Shown here in pieces: positions 26,690 to 36,599 of a DNA stretch of 64,000 nt (position 1 is its first letter; each line of letters starts with the position of its first letter). Source of the DNA: a virus. The translations under genes and the position numbers were made by a program. Under the pieces are notes generated by a model, which was not told where the DNA came from, did no database searches, and was given only the letters and a program-made list of their open reading frames with translations. Where the stretch lies: positions 1,718-65,717 of the IMG/VR virus record IMGVR_UViG_3300009702_000026; one strand, given 5' to 3'.

Positions 26690-28054
26690 ATGGACCTCGA
26701 TCTGATCTTCGTGGCGTCCATCCTGAAGGGTGGGCAGGACGCGGTGCGGGACGCGCTGGAGAAGGTTCCTGAGGACCTGCTCCAAGGCGAGGGGCTGACT
26801 GCCTACAAGTTCGTGCGCGAGTACGTGCGCGACTACAAGGCGATCCCGGACCCGGGGATGGTCCACGGCAAGACCAACGTGAAGCTGCCGGACCCTCCTC
26901 CGGCGCCGCCGCTCTTCTTCATCGATGAGATCCTGAATCGACAGCTCCACGGCGAGCTGGGCAAGTACCTCAAGGAGATCATCGGTCACTACGAGGCGCG
27001 CGATCCGAAGCAGGCGTACCAGGCCTACGAGGAGGGGCTGCGAGAGCTTCGGAAACTCGACACGGGTCAGGCCAAGACCATCGCCCTGCCCTCGCTCGCG
27101 CCGGAGTTCCTGGACTACTACGACAGGCTCAAGGCGGGCGAGACGGGCATCCTCACGCCGTGGCCGACCATCAACGAGGCGACGCTAGGGTTCTGGCCCG
27201 AGGACTTCGTGCTCTTCGTTGCACGTCTGGGAGTCGGTAAGACCTGGACGCTGGTCTTGCTCGCGAACTACGCCTGGCACGTCTGCAAGAAGAAGGTCCT
27301 CTTCGCGACGACGGAGATGAGTCGTATCAAGATCCTCCAACGCTGGGTCGCGGTTCACTACCGGCTGGCCTACAACGACCTCCGTCGCGGCCGTCTCGAT
27401 GCCTTCGCCGAGAAGAAGATGCGCGATGGGCTGGAAGCGATTCAGGATGCGGAGGGGCTCGACATCATCGGCGGTGACTTCGACTTCCGCATCGAGAGTT
27501 TGGAGGCGGCCATCGAGTACGCCGAGCCCGACATCCTCTTCGTGGATGGTGCGTACCTCCTGCGTACTTCGGGCGACGGGCGCTTCGAGAAGGCGGCCAA
27601 CTCTTTCGACGAGCTGAAGCGCGTGGCGAAGCGGAACGGGATCCCGGTCGTCAGCTCGACGCAGTTCAACCGTCAGGTGAAGCAGGACAAGGTCAACTCC
27701 GCGTCGGTCGAGAAGATCGCTATGTCGGATGCCGCAGGCTGGAACGCGGACTTGATCTATGCGCTCCTCCAGTCCGAGGACATGAAGAAGGACCGGCGGA
27801 TGCTGTTCAAGCCGATGAAGTTCCGAGAGGGGTCCGGCGAGGAGGTCGAGACCTGGTGGGACTTCGAGGTCATGAACTTCGATGAGCTGCCGAAGGGCCC
27901 GAGCGGTCCCGGGCCTGCCATCCCTTCGGGCACAAGTGGGGGTGGAGGTGGGGGCGGTAGTACAAGCTCGGATGAGGACGACCCCTTCGGGACTGGAGCG
28001 CTCGACTTCGGTGATGACGACAAGAAGCCGAGCGATGCGGACGTGCCGTTCTAA
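26690..28054 (+). CDS. dnaB: DnaB-like replicative helicase
   Basis: ARLGVGKT Walker A, FATTEM, ILFVDGAYLL, STQFNR, I..SDA.G..AD; acidic tail ending DADVPF. Confidence 0.9.
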   Translation: MDLDLIFVASILKGGQDAVRDALEKVPEDLLQGEGLTAYKFVREYVRDYKAIPDPGMVHGKTNVKLPDPPPAPPLFFIDEILNRQLHGELGKYLKEIIGHYEARDPKQAYQAYEEGLRELRKLDTGQAKTIALPSLAPEFLDYYDRLKAGETGILTPWPTINEATLGFWPEDFVLFVARLGVGKTWTLVLLANYAWHVCKKKVLFATTEMSRIKILQRWVAVHYRLAYNDLRRGRLDAFAEKKMRDGLEAIQDAEGLDIIGGDFDFRIESLEAAIEYAEPDILFVDGAYLLRTSGDGRFEKAANSFDELKRVAKRNGIPVVSSTQFNRQVKQDKVNSASVEKIAMSDAAGWNADLIYALLQSEDMKKDRRMLFKPMKFREGSGEEVETWWDFEVMNFDELPKGPSGPGPAIPSGTSGGGGGGGSTSSDEDDPFGTGALDFGDDDKKPSDADVPF

Positions 28055-28521
28055 TGGCTTCTGGTGACATTCCGATTCTGGTGAGGCATGTGGCGCTCGC
28101 GATCTACAAGAGCGGGGACGTAAGGGGTGCCAGCACCCTGGAGAAGGCGATCGGGGCGTTCGACATCGCGAGGCACCGACTCACCGAGTATGGCTTCCTC
28201 AGGAAGGGCTCTGAGAAGGGCAAGCCCTCCAAGATCAAGATGACGGTGAAGGGTCACAAGGCGGACGCCAAGCACCGGAGCGAGGTGGGGTCGAAGACCA
28301 AGACGAAGGAGTGGGACAAACTCTATTCGTTGATCTCGGAGGCGGAAGAGGAACCGGTCGACAGCGGTGCGATGAACGAGGTGAGCGGTCTCCCCGCGGC
28401 GTCGAGCAAGCCGGGACCGAAGGCGCGGAAGAAGCAGGATCAGGTACGACGGGCGCGGGTAGCGAAGAGACGGACGACGAGAGCGCGCGTGCCACGCGCG
28501 AAGAAGGCGAAGCGAGGATGA
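28054..28521 (+). CDS. basic hypothetical protein
   Basis: 155 aa, TAATG coupling, K/R-rich C-terminus. Confidence 0.65.
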   Translation: MASGDIPILVRHVALAIYKSGDVRGASTLEKAIGAFDIARHRLTEYGFLRKGSEKGKPSKIKMTVKGHKADAKHRSEVGSKTKTKEWDKLYSLISEAEEEPVDSGAMNEVSGLPAASSKPGPKARKKQDQVRRARVAKRRTTRARVPRAKKAKRG

Positions 28522-29571
28522 ATGGACGCGGGAAAGGCTCAGGAGTTCTTGCAGCTCATCGGGTGCAGGAAGATCAGCGTAGGTGCGGGCTGGGTGAGGT
28601 CGACTTGCCCCTTGGAGTACAGACACTCAGGAGGGCATGACAAGCAACCCTCATTCGCGATCAGCATCCGATCGGGTGACAGTAGCGGTTGCCGCTGTCA
28701 GGGCTGCGGGTACGCCACGGAGATCCTCCACCAGCTCCTTTGGAAACTCTCCATCGAGCGCGGGAAGGACGTAGAGCGAGCGTCGGCGTTCCTCCTGAAG
28801 CACGACCAGATCGGAGTGGACTGGCTAGAGGCCAACGCCGACCGCAAGCCGGATGACAAGGACCTGATGGGCCGAGTCGTCCACGCGCGTACATATGTGA
28901 GCAGCTTCGACCGGCACAGCAACTTCGTCCATCCGAACGACGAGCCCCAACCTGAGGTCCCGGACGAGGTGCTCCAGAGGATGATCAAGGATCTGACCGA
29001 CCACGTGCGGGAGTACCTCAAGCGGACACCCGACAAGATCAACGGGGTCGAAGGTCGGGCCCTGGACGAGCTGACGATCGCGGAGTGGGAACTAGGGTGG
29101 CACCGGTTGAAGGGCCGGATCTGCATCCCGATTCGAGACGAAACAGGAAAGCTCGTCTCGGTCTCGGGGCGGAAGTTCGATGAGTCGGGATGGGGCCCGA
29201 AGTACCTGCACTCCCCGTTCAAGCGGAACCGCGTCCTCTTCGGCTCGCATCGGCTGAACAAGGGGATCCGCAAGGGCTACTTGCTGGAGGGTTTTTTCCA
29301 AACCATCCGCCTCGCGCAGCTCGGATACCCGAACCCCCTCGGGCGTATGGGCTCGCACCTCTCGAAGCAACAGGCGGACCTTCTGGTGGAGTGGTTCGAT
29401 CATTTGGTCATCGTCCCGGATGGAGACAAGGCCGGATACGAGTCCGCGGAAATCGCCCGCCTGATGCTGGTGGATCGGATTGAGCGGATCGACGTTGCGG
29501 AGATGCCAAGAGGCAAGGACGCGGACAGCCTAAAGCCCTTTCAGTTGCGGGATATCCTCGATCCTATTTGA
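28522..29571 (+). CDS. dnaG: DnaG-like primase (Zn-binding + Toprim)
   Basis: CPLE..H...D..PSF...C.C.GCG Zn domain; PKYLHSP, LLEGFF, PDGDKAG, KDADS Toprim. Confidence 0.88.
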   Translation: MDAGKAQEFLQLIGCRKISVGAGWVRSTCPLEYRHSGGHDKQPSFAISIRSGDSSGCRCQGCGYATEILHQLLWKLSIERGKDVERASAFLLKHDQIGVDWLEANADRKPDDKDLMGRVVHARTYVSSFDRHSNFVHPNDEPQPEVPDEVLQRMIKDLTDHVREYLKRTPDKINGVEGRALDELTIAEWELGWHRLKGRICIPIRDETGKLVSVSGRKFDESGWGPKYLHSPFKRNRVLFGSHRLNKGIRKGYLLEGFFQTIRLAQLGYPNPLGRMGSHLSKQQADLLVEWFDHLVIVPDGDKAGYESAEIARLMLVDRIERIDVAEMPRGKDADSLKPFQLRDILDPI

Positions 29572-29575
29572 GTGG

Positions 29576-29604
29576 TTGACAATCAAAAGCTCATGGGGTA
29601 CGAC
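29576..29604 (+). promoter_or_regulatory. sigma70-like promoter
   Basis: TTGACA(29576)-17-TACGAC(29599). Confidence 0.65.
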
Positions 29605-29659
29605 CGCTTTCTGCCGTGATGGCCAATGAGTTTGCCCGGTGGGCCACTAGGAGGAACAG

Positions 29660-30373
29660 ATGACAGTACGAGCGACGATGATCCGCACCTGTGACAGGTG
29701 CATGAAGGTGTTCGATGAGAAGCACCTAAAGCCAGGCCAGGAGATCCCGAAGATCAAGCAGAAGGGTCTGGTCGTAGTCGAGACCCGAGGCGCCGCGAAC
29801 GACGATGATGAGCGCAAGACGGACGTGCTCTTCGCGTTCGAGGACATGTGCCCGAAGTGCGAGGAGGCAGTCGTCAAGCTCCTCGATCGACTGCGGCTGG
29901 ATGGGAAGGTCCAGAAGAAGACCCGCAAGCCCCGCAAGTCCCGCAAGAAGCCGGCCGAGGCGGCACCGAAGGTCGAGGAGTACTCCGAGGGGACTGCCCC
30001 CGAGAAGCCGAAGGCTGACGAGTCCAAGGTCGCCAAGGCGGCGGCTGTGAAGGTGGTCGAGGCGGCCAAGAAGAACGGCAAGGCGGCGGCTGCTCCCGCG
30101 GCCGAGGAAACTCAGCAGAGCGAGGGAGGTGGGGAGGCCGAAGGTGCCTCCACCAAAAGCGGTTCGGATGATGCTGGTGCAGAAGTACCCGAAGGCGGAT
30201 CCGAAGGCGATCGAGCGGATGCTTCAGCGGAGGCTGGAGCGGGCCGCGAGCTGATCGAGGACCCCGAGACGGGGGATGCCTACGACGCAAAAACCGGAGA
30301 GTTGGTCCGGGAGGGCACGAAGTCCTCGAAGTCCAACGGAGCTGTAGCGGGTGCTGCCGAGCACCCGTTCTGA
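29660..30373 (+). CDS. Zn-binding protein with long low-complexity tail
   Basis: CDRC...CPKC, AGGAGG SD, ends AAEHPF. Confidence 0.7.
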   Translation: MTVRATMIRTCDRCMKVFDEKHLKPGQEIPKIKQKGLVVVETRGAANDDDERKTDVLFAFEDMCPKCEEAVVKLLDRLRLDGKVQKKTRKPRKSRKKPAEAAPKVEEYSEGTAPEKPKADESKVAKAAAVKVVEAAKKNGKAAAAPAAEETQQSEGGGEAEGASTKSGSDDAGAEVPEGGSEGDRADASAEAGAGRELIEDPETGDAYDAKTGELVREGTKSSKSNGAVAGAAEHPF

Positions 30374-30415
30374 TCGGATGATCCAACCAATAACAATGAG
30401 GCAAAGAGGTAACCG

Positions 30416-31213
30416 ATGAGCTGGTATGACACAGGGTTCGATGGGATGGACAAGGAGCAGCAAAGGCTCGACTCGCAAGGCGGGCCGGGCAGGCTGTGGA
30501 TCCCCTCGGGAGCGAGCAAGGACATCGTCGCGGTGGACGATGACCCCTTCTGCGTTCACGAGCACAACCCGAAGATGAATGGGAACTACCGCAACTGGCT
30601 GACGTGTCTGCGCAACGCCTACGACGAGGTCGTGTGCTGCCAGGTGCTCGGGCCAAACTCACGGTACTACTGCGGGTACATCACTTCGGTCGACTGCTCG
30701 AAGTGGACCGACAACCGGGGCAACGAGCACCAGTACGAGATGCGGCTCATTCAGCTCAAAATGAAGTCGCTCAAGAAGTTCCGTCGGAAGAAGGAGGACA
30801 AGGGCTCGCTCGTCGGGACCATGTGGAACTTCCACCGGGAGGACAATCGCTCGCCGACCTGTGGTGACGAGTGGGAGTTCAAGCGCGACGTCGACATGGA
30901 CAAGCTCTTCAACTTCGTTCGCTACCGCGGCAAGAAGCTGGCCGATCTTTGGGACGAGGCCGAGGAGAAGGCGGAGGTGATGCAGCGCGTCCAGAGCTGG
31001 TTCCAGATCAAGCCGGACGACAACGGGAAGCTCCCGAGGATCGTTCCCGCCTTCAACTACATGGAGGTCCTCAAGCCCATGTCGCCGAAGGACGCTCGAC
31101 TGCACCTCGGCGCGGTCGAGCCCGATGATGACTCCTCGTCCTTCTCGGACGGAGGGAGTAAGTCCAACGGGGCTTCCTCCGGAACGGCGGCGCAGGACGA
31201 CGTGCCGTTCTGA
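30416..31213 (+). CDS. ssDNA-binding protein (T4 gp32-like/phage SSB)
   Basis: Aromatic-rich core with HEH...C...CC metal ligands; acidic Gly/Ser tail ending DDVPF; replication cluster. Confidence 0.65.
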   Translation: MSWYDTGFDGMDKEQQRLDSQGGPGRLWIPSGASKDIVAVDDDPFCVHEHNPKMNGNYRNWLTCLRNAYDEVVCCQVLGPNSRYYCGYITSVDCSKWTDNRGNEHQYEMRLIQLKMKSLKKFRRKKEDKGSLVGTMWNFHREDNRSPTCGDEWEFKRDVDMDKLFNFVRYRGKKLADLWDEAEEKAEVMQRVQSWFQIKPDDNGKLPRIVPAFNYMEVLKPMSPKDARLHLGAVEPDDDSSSFSDGGSKSNGASSGTAAQDDVPF

Positions 31214-31224
31214 GACGAACCTGT

Positions 31225-31256
31225 AGCCCCCGGCCGCTTCGTGCGCCCGGGGGCTT
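31225..31256 (+). terminator. GC-rich hairpin after SSB gene, overlapping a promoter-like TTCGTG-17-TATACT
   Basis: AGCCCCCGG/CCGGGGGCT stem; TATACT at 31261-31266. Confidence 0.5.
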
Positions 31257-31284
31257 CGGGTATACTGAAAACTCGTTCATGTAG

Positions 31285-31521
31285 GTGTTGCACGTGAAAG
31301 CAGATCAGAAGCCCTGTGTGAGGTGCAAGAAGCGCCCGCAGCGGCTCAAGCACCGGTACTGCAAGGAGTGCCATGCGGAGTACATGCGGGAGTATCGTCG
31401 GCAGGAGAAGCTCAAGCAGAAGAAGTTGGAGATGACGCACTGCCCGCACTGCGGGAAGGCGTTGCTCGGAGAAGCACCGGAGAGCGACCATGTGGTCGCA
31501 AAGGAGATGGACAATGGCTGA
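31285..31521 (+). CDS. small multi-CxxC Zn-finger protein
   Basis: CVRC...CKEC...CPHCG; start uncertain. Confidence 0.65.
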   Translation: MLHVKADQKPCVRCKKRPQRLKHRYCKECHAEYMREYRRQEKLKQKKLEMTHCPHCGKALLGEAPESDHVVAKEMDNG

Positions 31522-32275
31522 GGCGTACACAGACATCACGATGGTGGTGGACAAGTCGTCTTCGATGGCGAACCAGGTCAGTTCGACGATCGAGGGATTC
31601 AACACCTTCCTGCACCAACAGAAGGAGGCGGAGGGGAAGGCAACGATCACGCTGATTCAGTTCGGCAGCGACATCCAGACAGACTACGAAGGCCTCGACG
31701 TGCAGGATGCGCCTGAGCTTTCGGAGGGGTTCTACGTCCCGAACGGTATGACGGCTCTCAACGACGCGGTCGGCTCAGCCATCCTCCAGGCTCAGAAGCG
31801 GCACCGGGCGATGGCGGAGGCGGAGCGCCCGCACAAGGTGGTCGTTGTGGTGCTCACGGACGGGCAGGAGAACCAGTCCAAGGAGTTCGCGGGCCCGCAG
31901 GGACTCCACAACTTGAAGACGCTGATCGAGCGTCAGCAAACCGAGGGTTGGGAGTTCGTTTTCCTCGGTCAGGACCTCGACGCGCAGGCGGTCGCACAGA
32001 CCTATGCGATCCCTCAGGGCCAGGCGCTCTCCTACAGGGGCTCCAGTCGGGGAATCGAGCACGCCTACGTTGCAACCAGCCACGCGATTGCGGACTCACG
32101 TATGGCGCTCAACGACGTCGTGCGAGCGCATGACGGCGACGACTTGCTGTTCATGGAGCAGGCGCGGGAGGTCTCTGTCGCGTTCCGCGACGAGGACCTC
32201 GTGAAGAACGACGAGATCGTCAACGGAGAGGCCGATGCCGCACCGAGCGCGACGACCAGCTCTTCCGGCACCTGA
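31514..32275 (+). CDS. stand-alone VWA-domain protein
   Basis: DITMVVDKSSSM MIDAS, MTALNDAVG, VLTDGQENQSKEF. Confidence 0.88.
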   Translation: MAEAYTDITMVVDKSSSMANQVSSTIEGFNTFLHQQKEAEGKATITLIQFGSDIQTDYEGLDVQDAPELSEGFYVPNGMTALNDAVGSAILQAQKRHRAMAEAERPHKVVVVVLTDGQENQSKEFAGPQGLHNLKTLIERQQTEGWEFVFLGQDLDAQAVAQTYAIPQGQALSYRGSSRGIEHAYVATSHAIADSRMALNDVVRAHDGDDLLFMEQAREVSVAFRDEDLVKNDEIVNGEADAAPSATTSSSGT

Positions 32276-32324
32276 GCGGCGGCCCAAACTTCTCTTCGTC
32301 CGCATCTACCTGGAAGAGAGCCGG

Positions 32325-32504
32325 ATGGATGTGGGCGTCGAGGACCCGCTCTGGAACAAGCGCCGAGTCATTCGCTACCGCTGGATGCAGAAGGACTCCA
32401 AGAGTGTCCCGCCCGAACACTGGTTCGAGGCGATCTGCGGTGAGGTGGAGTTCCAGCGTCAAGAGGACTTCGACAAGAAGACCGGAAGGAAGATCGAGTT
32501 GTGA
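32325..32504 (+). CDS. small hypothetical protein
   Basis: 3' part of ORF 32235-32504; start uncertain. Confidence 0.45.
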   Translation: MDVGVEDPLWNKRRVIRYRWMQKDSKSVPPEHWFEAICGEVEFQRQEDFDKKTGRKIEL

Positions 32505-32863
32505 GAAAGATGATGAAGCCTGACCCCGAAGAGTTCCGACGACTGGGTAAGGAGGTTGGAGAGTTGGTCGCCCAGAAGAACGAGGCCTATGGAAACTCGT
32601 TCTCAACCGCGGGTGAAGCGCTGAGGCTGCTCTACCCCGACGGCATCCGGTCCAACCAGTACTCAGACGCCCTCGCGATCGTGCGCGTGTGGGACAAGAT
32701 GATGCGGATTGCGACGGACCGGGATGCGATGGGGGAGAGCCCCTACCGCGACATCGCCGGCTACGGGCTCCTGGGGGCCGAGAGAGCCGAGCGAGAGCGT
32801 GCCCTGGCCGAAGTGCGCGAGGGGTTCCCTAAGGGCTCTCTGGGGGCTTCTGAGGGCCCCTGA
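32501..32863 (+). CDS. nucleotide modification-associated domain 1 (DUF1599-like) protein
   Basis: LVAQKNEAYGNSF...VRVWDKMMRI...ESPYRDIAGYGLLG. Confidence 0.75.
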   Translation: MRKMMKPDPEEFRRLGKEVGELVAQKNEAYGNSFSTAGEALRLLYPDGIRSNQYSDALAIVRVWDKMMRIATDRDAMGESPYRDIAGYGLLGAERAERERALAEVREGFPKGSLGASEGP

Positions 32864-34236
32864 TGGAGGTTCTGGTCAATGGCTGGGCCTGGCTGCCCAA
32901 GGCGGAGCTGACCCCGCGGCAGATCGTGGGCCTCAAGGATACGCTCACGGTGCAGCCGCGCCGCACGTCGGAGGAGCAGAAGGAGGACCCTGAGCCCATC
33001 CCCTTGTGGACCGAGGACGAGACGCACCTCGGCATCGCGCGCGAGTACTTCTTTCAGCATCGGCGCCCGGTCCACTCCGTAAAGTGGGATGTGACCAGGG
33101 GCTCGAAGCACTGGCACCCTGCCGAGTTTGAGGGCCAGCTCCGACCCGAGCAGAAGACCGCGCTCGAAGAGGTGCTTCGGCGCTTCCGGGCAGGGCAGCT
33201 CGGTGGGATCGTCCAAGCAAAGCCCGGTTGGGGAAAGACGGTCACGGCGCTCGCGATCGCGGCGGAGCTGGGAGTTCCAACGCTCGTGGTCGTCCACAAG
33301 AAGTTCCTGATGGACCAGTGGATCGAGCGCATCCAAGGGGTCCAGGACCCCGACCCTAAGAAGTGCCTACCGGCCTTCCTACCGGACGCCCGTGTCGGGC
33401 GTGTGCAACAGGACGAGTGCGACTTCCAGGACAAGACCGTCGTTCTGGGGATGGTTCACTCGCTGGGTTCGCGAAACTACCCCGAGGAGTTCTATCGCTG
33501 GCCGGGGCTGATCATCGTGGACGAGTGCCATCGCATCGGTGCGCGCACGTGGGCGCCTGTGCCCGCGCGTTTCCACGCGAAGTACCGGCTGGGGTTCAGC
33601 GCGACTCCGAGGCGCAAGGACGGGGCGGACCCTGTCTTCTGGAATCACCTGGGACCCGTGTTGTTCGTCGGCAAAGAGCAGAGGCTCACTCCGAAGATCA
33701 AGAGGGTGTGGACTCGGTTCAAGCTCGTGAAGACCGATCGCTTCAACCCGAGGCTGGCGAACCGCAACCTGCTCCTTCGGTTCCTGTGCGCGAGCAACCA
33801 TCGCAACGATGCGATCGCTAACCAGATCATCAAGGCGGTTGCGGCTGGGCGGAAGTGCCTCGTTCTGAGCGAGCGCATCGTGCAACTGGAGAGGGTCGAG
33901 GCCCGGCTTCTCAAGACATGGCCGAACCAGTACGGGTCTCCGCCCACGACCGACTTCTACATCGGGGGCCGGAAGAAGCAGGAGTACGATGAGGCCGCTA
34001 AGGCGCAGGTGATCTTTGCGACGTCTCAGTACGCTGCCGAGGGCCTCGACATTCCGGCGCTCGACACCCTGCTTCTAATCTCTCCGATGAGCGACGTGGA
34101 GCAGGCTGTCGGTAGAATCCAACGACCGCACCCGGGCAAGAAGGACCCGATCGTCGTGGACTTCCGGGATGACACGATTCCCATGTTCGCGGCTCAGGGC
34201 CGGAAGCGTGAGCGCTTCTATGAGCGGGTGACCTGA
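32863..34236 (+). CDS. superfamily 2 helicase (XPB/UvsW-like)
   Basis: LRPEQ, AKPGWGKT, IIVDECH, GFSATP.RKDG, AEGLDIP, QAVGRIQR. Confidence 0.92.
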   Translation: MEVLVNGWAWLPKAELTPRQIVGLKDTLTVQPRRTSEEQKEDPEPIPLWTEDETHLGIAREYFFQHRRPVHSVKWDVTRGSKHWHPAEFEGQLRPEQKTALEEVLRRFRAGQLGGIVQAKPGWGKTVTALAIAAELGVPTLVVVHKKFLMDQWIERIQGVQDPDPKKCLPAFLPDARVGRVQQDECDFQDKTVVLGMVHSLGSRNYPEEFYRWPGLIIVDECHRIGARTWAPVPARFHAKYRLGFSATPRRKDGADPVFWNHLGPVLFVGKEQRLTPKIKRVWTRFKLVKTDRFNPRLANRNLLLRFLCASNHRNDAIANQIIKAVAAGRKCLVLSERIVQLERVEARLLKTWPNQYGSPPTTDFYIGGRKKQEYDEAAKAQVIFATSQYAAEGLDIPALDTLLLISPMSDVEQAVGRIQRPHPGKKDPIVVDFRDDTIPMFAAQGRKRERFYERVT

Positions 34237-35051
34237 TGAGACAAGGAATGGCAGTGTCCGACGACAAAAACTCGTATTTCAAGGACTGGTATGAAGACAA
34301 CGCCGAGGACTTGAACGCGCGTCGGCGCAGCCGGTACCAGAGCGACATCGCCTACCGGGACAAGGTCCAAGGCTGGAACCGTCGGGCGCGTAATAAGCGG
34401 AACAAAGAGCGGTCCCAGGAACAGCGGGCCGAGCGTAAGGCGAAGAAGATGGCGACGTCAGGAGCATGGAAGACCGTGGAGATCGAGGTGGACGGCGTGA
34501 AGCGCTGTATGTTCACCATCGGCGCCCTTGCCAAGGTGCTCGGAAGAGGGGTCTCCACGATCCGCGTCTGGGAGCGCTTCGGGATTCTTCCCGAGACCCC
34601 GTACCGGTCCAATAAGGGTGACCGCCTCTATAGCGTCGAGATGGTCGAGGGCATCCGCGAGCAGCTCCAGGAGCAGGGCAAACTCAGTCCGGAGAAGTTG
34701 AAGCGCAAGGTGAAGCCCTCCTACGTGGTGCGCACCGTGCGGTACTCGGACGGTACGAAGGCTAAGGTTCAGCTCTTCAAGATCGGGTCGTTGGCCAAGG
34801 CGGTCAGCCGGACGGTGGTCGCGTTGACTCAGATGGAGAAGCGAGGGCACCTACCCCGCACGCCACTGTTGGCATCGAGGATCCAATACCGGCTCTACAC
34901 GGTCGACATGATCCAGGCGGTGCAGGAGGCCCTGGAGAAGCGGGGAGGACGAGTTCGAGGGCACTCGGAGTGGATGGATTTCTATTCTGAGATCAAGGAA
35001 GCATGGACGGAGCTACGGCTCATGGAAGCGAGGCTGATGGATGAAGGCTAA
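34236..35051 (+). CDS. tandem MerR-type HTH protein
   Basis: FTIGALAKVLGRGVSTIRVWERFGILP...RLY and FKIGSLAKAVSRTVVALTQMEKRGHLP...RLY. Confidence 0.8.
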   Translation: MRQGMAVSDDKNSYFKDWYEDNAEDLNARRRSRYQSDIAYRDKVQGWNRRARNKRNKERSQEQRAERKAKKMATSGAWKTVEIEVDGVKRCMFTIGALAKVLGRGVSTIRVWERFGILPETPYRSNKGDRLYSVEMVEGIREQLQEQGKLSPEKLKRKVKPSYVVRTVRYSDGTKAKVQLFKIGSLAKAVSRTVVALTQMEKRGHLPRTPLLASRIQYRLYTVDMIQAVQEALEKRGGRVRGHSEWMDFYSEIKEAWTELRLMEARLMDEG

Positions 35052-35481
35052 GGTGGTCCCGGAGGGGACGAAAACTCTCGAAGATGAACGGCGGGAGAAC
35101 CTGGAGGACCTCGACGCTCCGAAGGCGGACGAGGAGCTGGAGGCGGTTACGCATGTTCCCACGAAGGTGCTCGTCAAGCGGTCGTTCAAGAACAGCTACT
35201 ACAAGACGGAGCGTGAGGAGATCGAAGACGAGGTTCTCACGGTGCGCCCGTTCGTTGTGGAGGCGGCCGAGGTGAGCCTCACTCGGGGGCTCACAGTCAA
35301 CCTTGGCAACTACGAGTCCGCGCGGATCGATGTCGGCCTCAAGGTGCCCTGCTACCTGGAGGAGGCTGCCGACGCTTACAAGTTTGCTCAGCGGTGGACT
35401 ACGGAGCGGGTCGAGTCCGAGAAGAGGATGATCATTGGGGGCCAGGCACGGAAGCACCTCAAGCAAGAGGACCCGTTCTGA
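35041..35481 (+). CDS. conserved phage hypothetical protein (NLGNYES motif)
   Basis: TVNLGNYESARIDVGL; ends QEDPF. Confidence 0.7.
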   Translation: MKAKVVPEGTKTLEDERRENLEDLDAPKADEELEAVTHVPTKVLVKRSFKNSYYKTEREEIEDEVLTVRPFVVEAAEVSLTRGLTVNLGNYESARIDVGLKVPCYLEEAADAYKFAQRWTTERVESEKRMIIGGQARKHLKQEDPF

Positions 35482-36599
35482 TGGCGGAGCAAAACCGGTT
35501 CGAGAAGCTGCTCGCGAGCGACCTTCTCAAGAAGATCCAGAAGAAGCACGGAAAGGCCATCCTCACCCGTGCGGACGACGCGAAGATCCAGAGGGTGCCG
35601 CGTATCCCTTCGGGGATCTTCGAGCTGGATGCTGCTCTCGGGGGAGGCTTCCCTGCGGGCCGCGTCAACATCGTCTGGGGCAACAAGTCCACGGGCAAGA
35701 GCGTGATCTGTACTCGGACGATGGGGAGCGCCCAGAAGCTCTGCGCGAACTGTTGCAGCGGGGAGTTCGTTGACGAGGAGGGTGAGGTGCATCCGTGCGA
35801 GTGCGGAGATTTCCGCGAGTGCGTCTGTGCGTACCTCGACGTCGAGGGCACCTGGGATCAGGAGTGGGCGCGTGCGATGGGGGTCCATACCGACAAGGTG
35901 CTGCTCTCTGTTCCGGAGTACGCGGAGCAGACGCTCGACATCGCTGAGGCGCTCCTCCGTTCGGGCGAGGTCGACTTCTTGGTCCTCGACTCGATTGCAT
36001 TCCTCACTCCGGCCAAGGAGATCGAGGAGTCCTCGGGCAAGGCCCTTCAGGCGGAGCAGGCCCGCGTGCTGGGTCGGGGCATCCGGAAGTTCACGGCCGC
36101 GCTCAACTACATGGGCAACCACTTCGGGCGGCGCCCTACCATCATGTTCACCAACCAGATCCGAATGAAGATCGGAATGATGTTCGGGAACCCGGAAACT
36201 CAGCCCGGAGGCAAGGCCAGTGGGTTCAGTGCGACGACGGAGGTGAAGACCTACGGCGGCTCGACCAGGGCCTACAAGATGGACGACGTCACGGGGCGCC
36301 CGCTCTACACAGACCTGGCCTTTCGGGTCGAGAAGAACAAATCGTCCCCCGCCAAGATGGAGGGGGAGTGGCGGCTGGTGCTCGCGGACATGGAGCACAA
36401 GACGAAGGGCGACATCTACGAAGAGCCCCGGATGGTCGAGATCGGAATCAAGATCGGTCTGATCGAGAAGAACGGGAGCAACTGGACGTGCTTCGGCGAG
36501 AAGTACCGGGCCAAGTCGCTGGTCGTGAAGAGGCTGCTCCAGGATGCCGAGTTCGCGCAGACCTATAGGCACTCCCTGATGACGGTGCTGACGGCATGA
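35481..36599 (+). CDS. recA: RecA/UvsX-like recombinase with Cys-rich insertion
   Basis: IPSGIFELDAALGGGFPAGR, GNKSTGKS, YLDVEG, FLVLDSIAFL, FTNQIRMKIG, ETQPGG, KNK. Confidence 0.92.
   Translation: MAEQNRFEKLLASDLLKKIQKKHGKAILTRADDAKIQRVPRIPSGIFELDAALGGGFPAGRVNIVWGNKSTGKSVICTRTMGSAQKLCANCCSGEFVDEEGEVHPCECGDFRECVCAYLDVEGTWDQEWARAMGVHTDKVLLSVPEYAEQTLDIAEALLRSGEVDFLVLDSIAFLTPAKEIEESSGKALQAEQARVLGRGIRKFTAALNYMGNHFGRRPTIMFTNQIRMKIGMMFGNPETQPGGKASGFSATTEVKTYGGSTRAYKMDDVTGRPLYTDLAFRVEKNKSSPAKMEGEWRLVLADMEHKTKGDIYEEPRMVEIGIKIGLIEKNGSNWTCFGEKYRAKSLVVKRLLQDAEFAQTYRHSLMTVLTA

Noticed and set aside
26034-26705. 223-aa plus-strand ORF overlapping the DnaC-like gene
   Set aside because: Alternative frame with R/G/A-rich nonsense composition. 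The 26053 frame carries Walker motifs.
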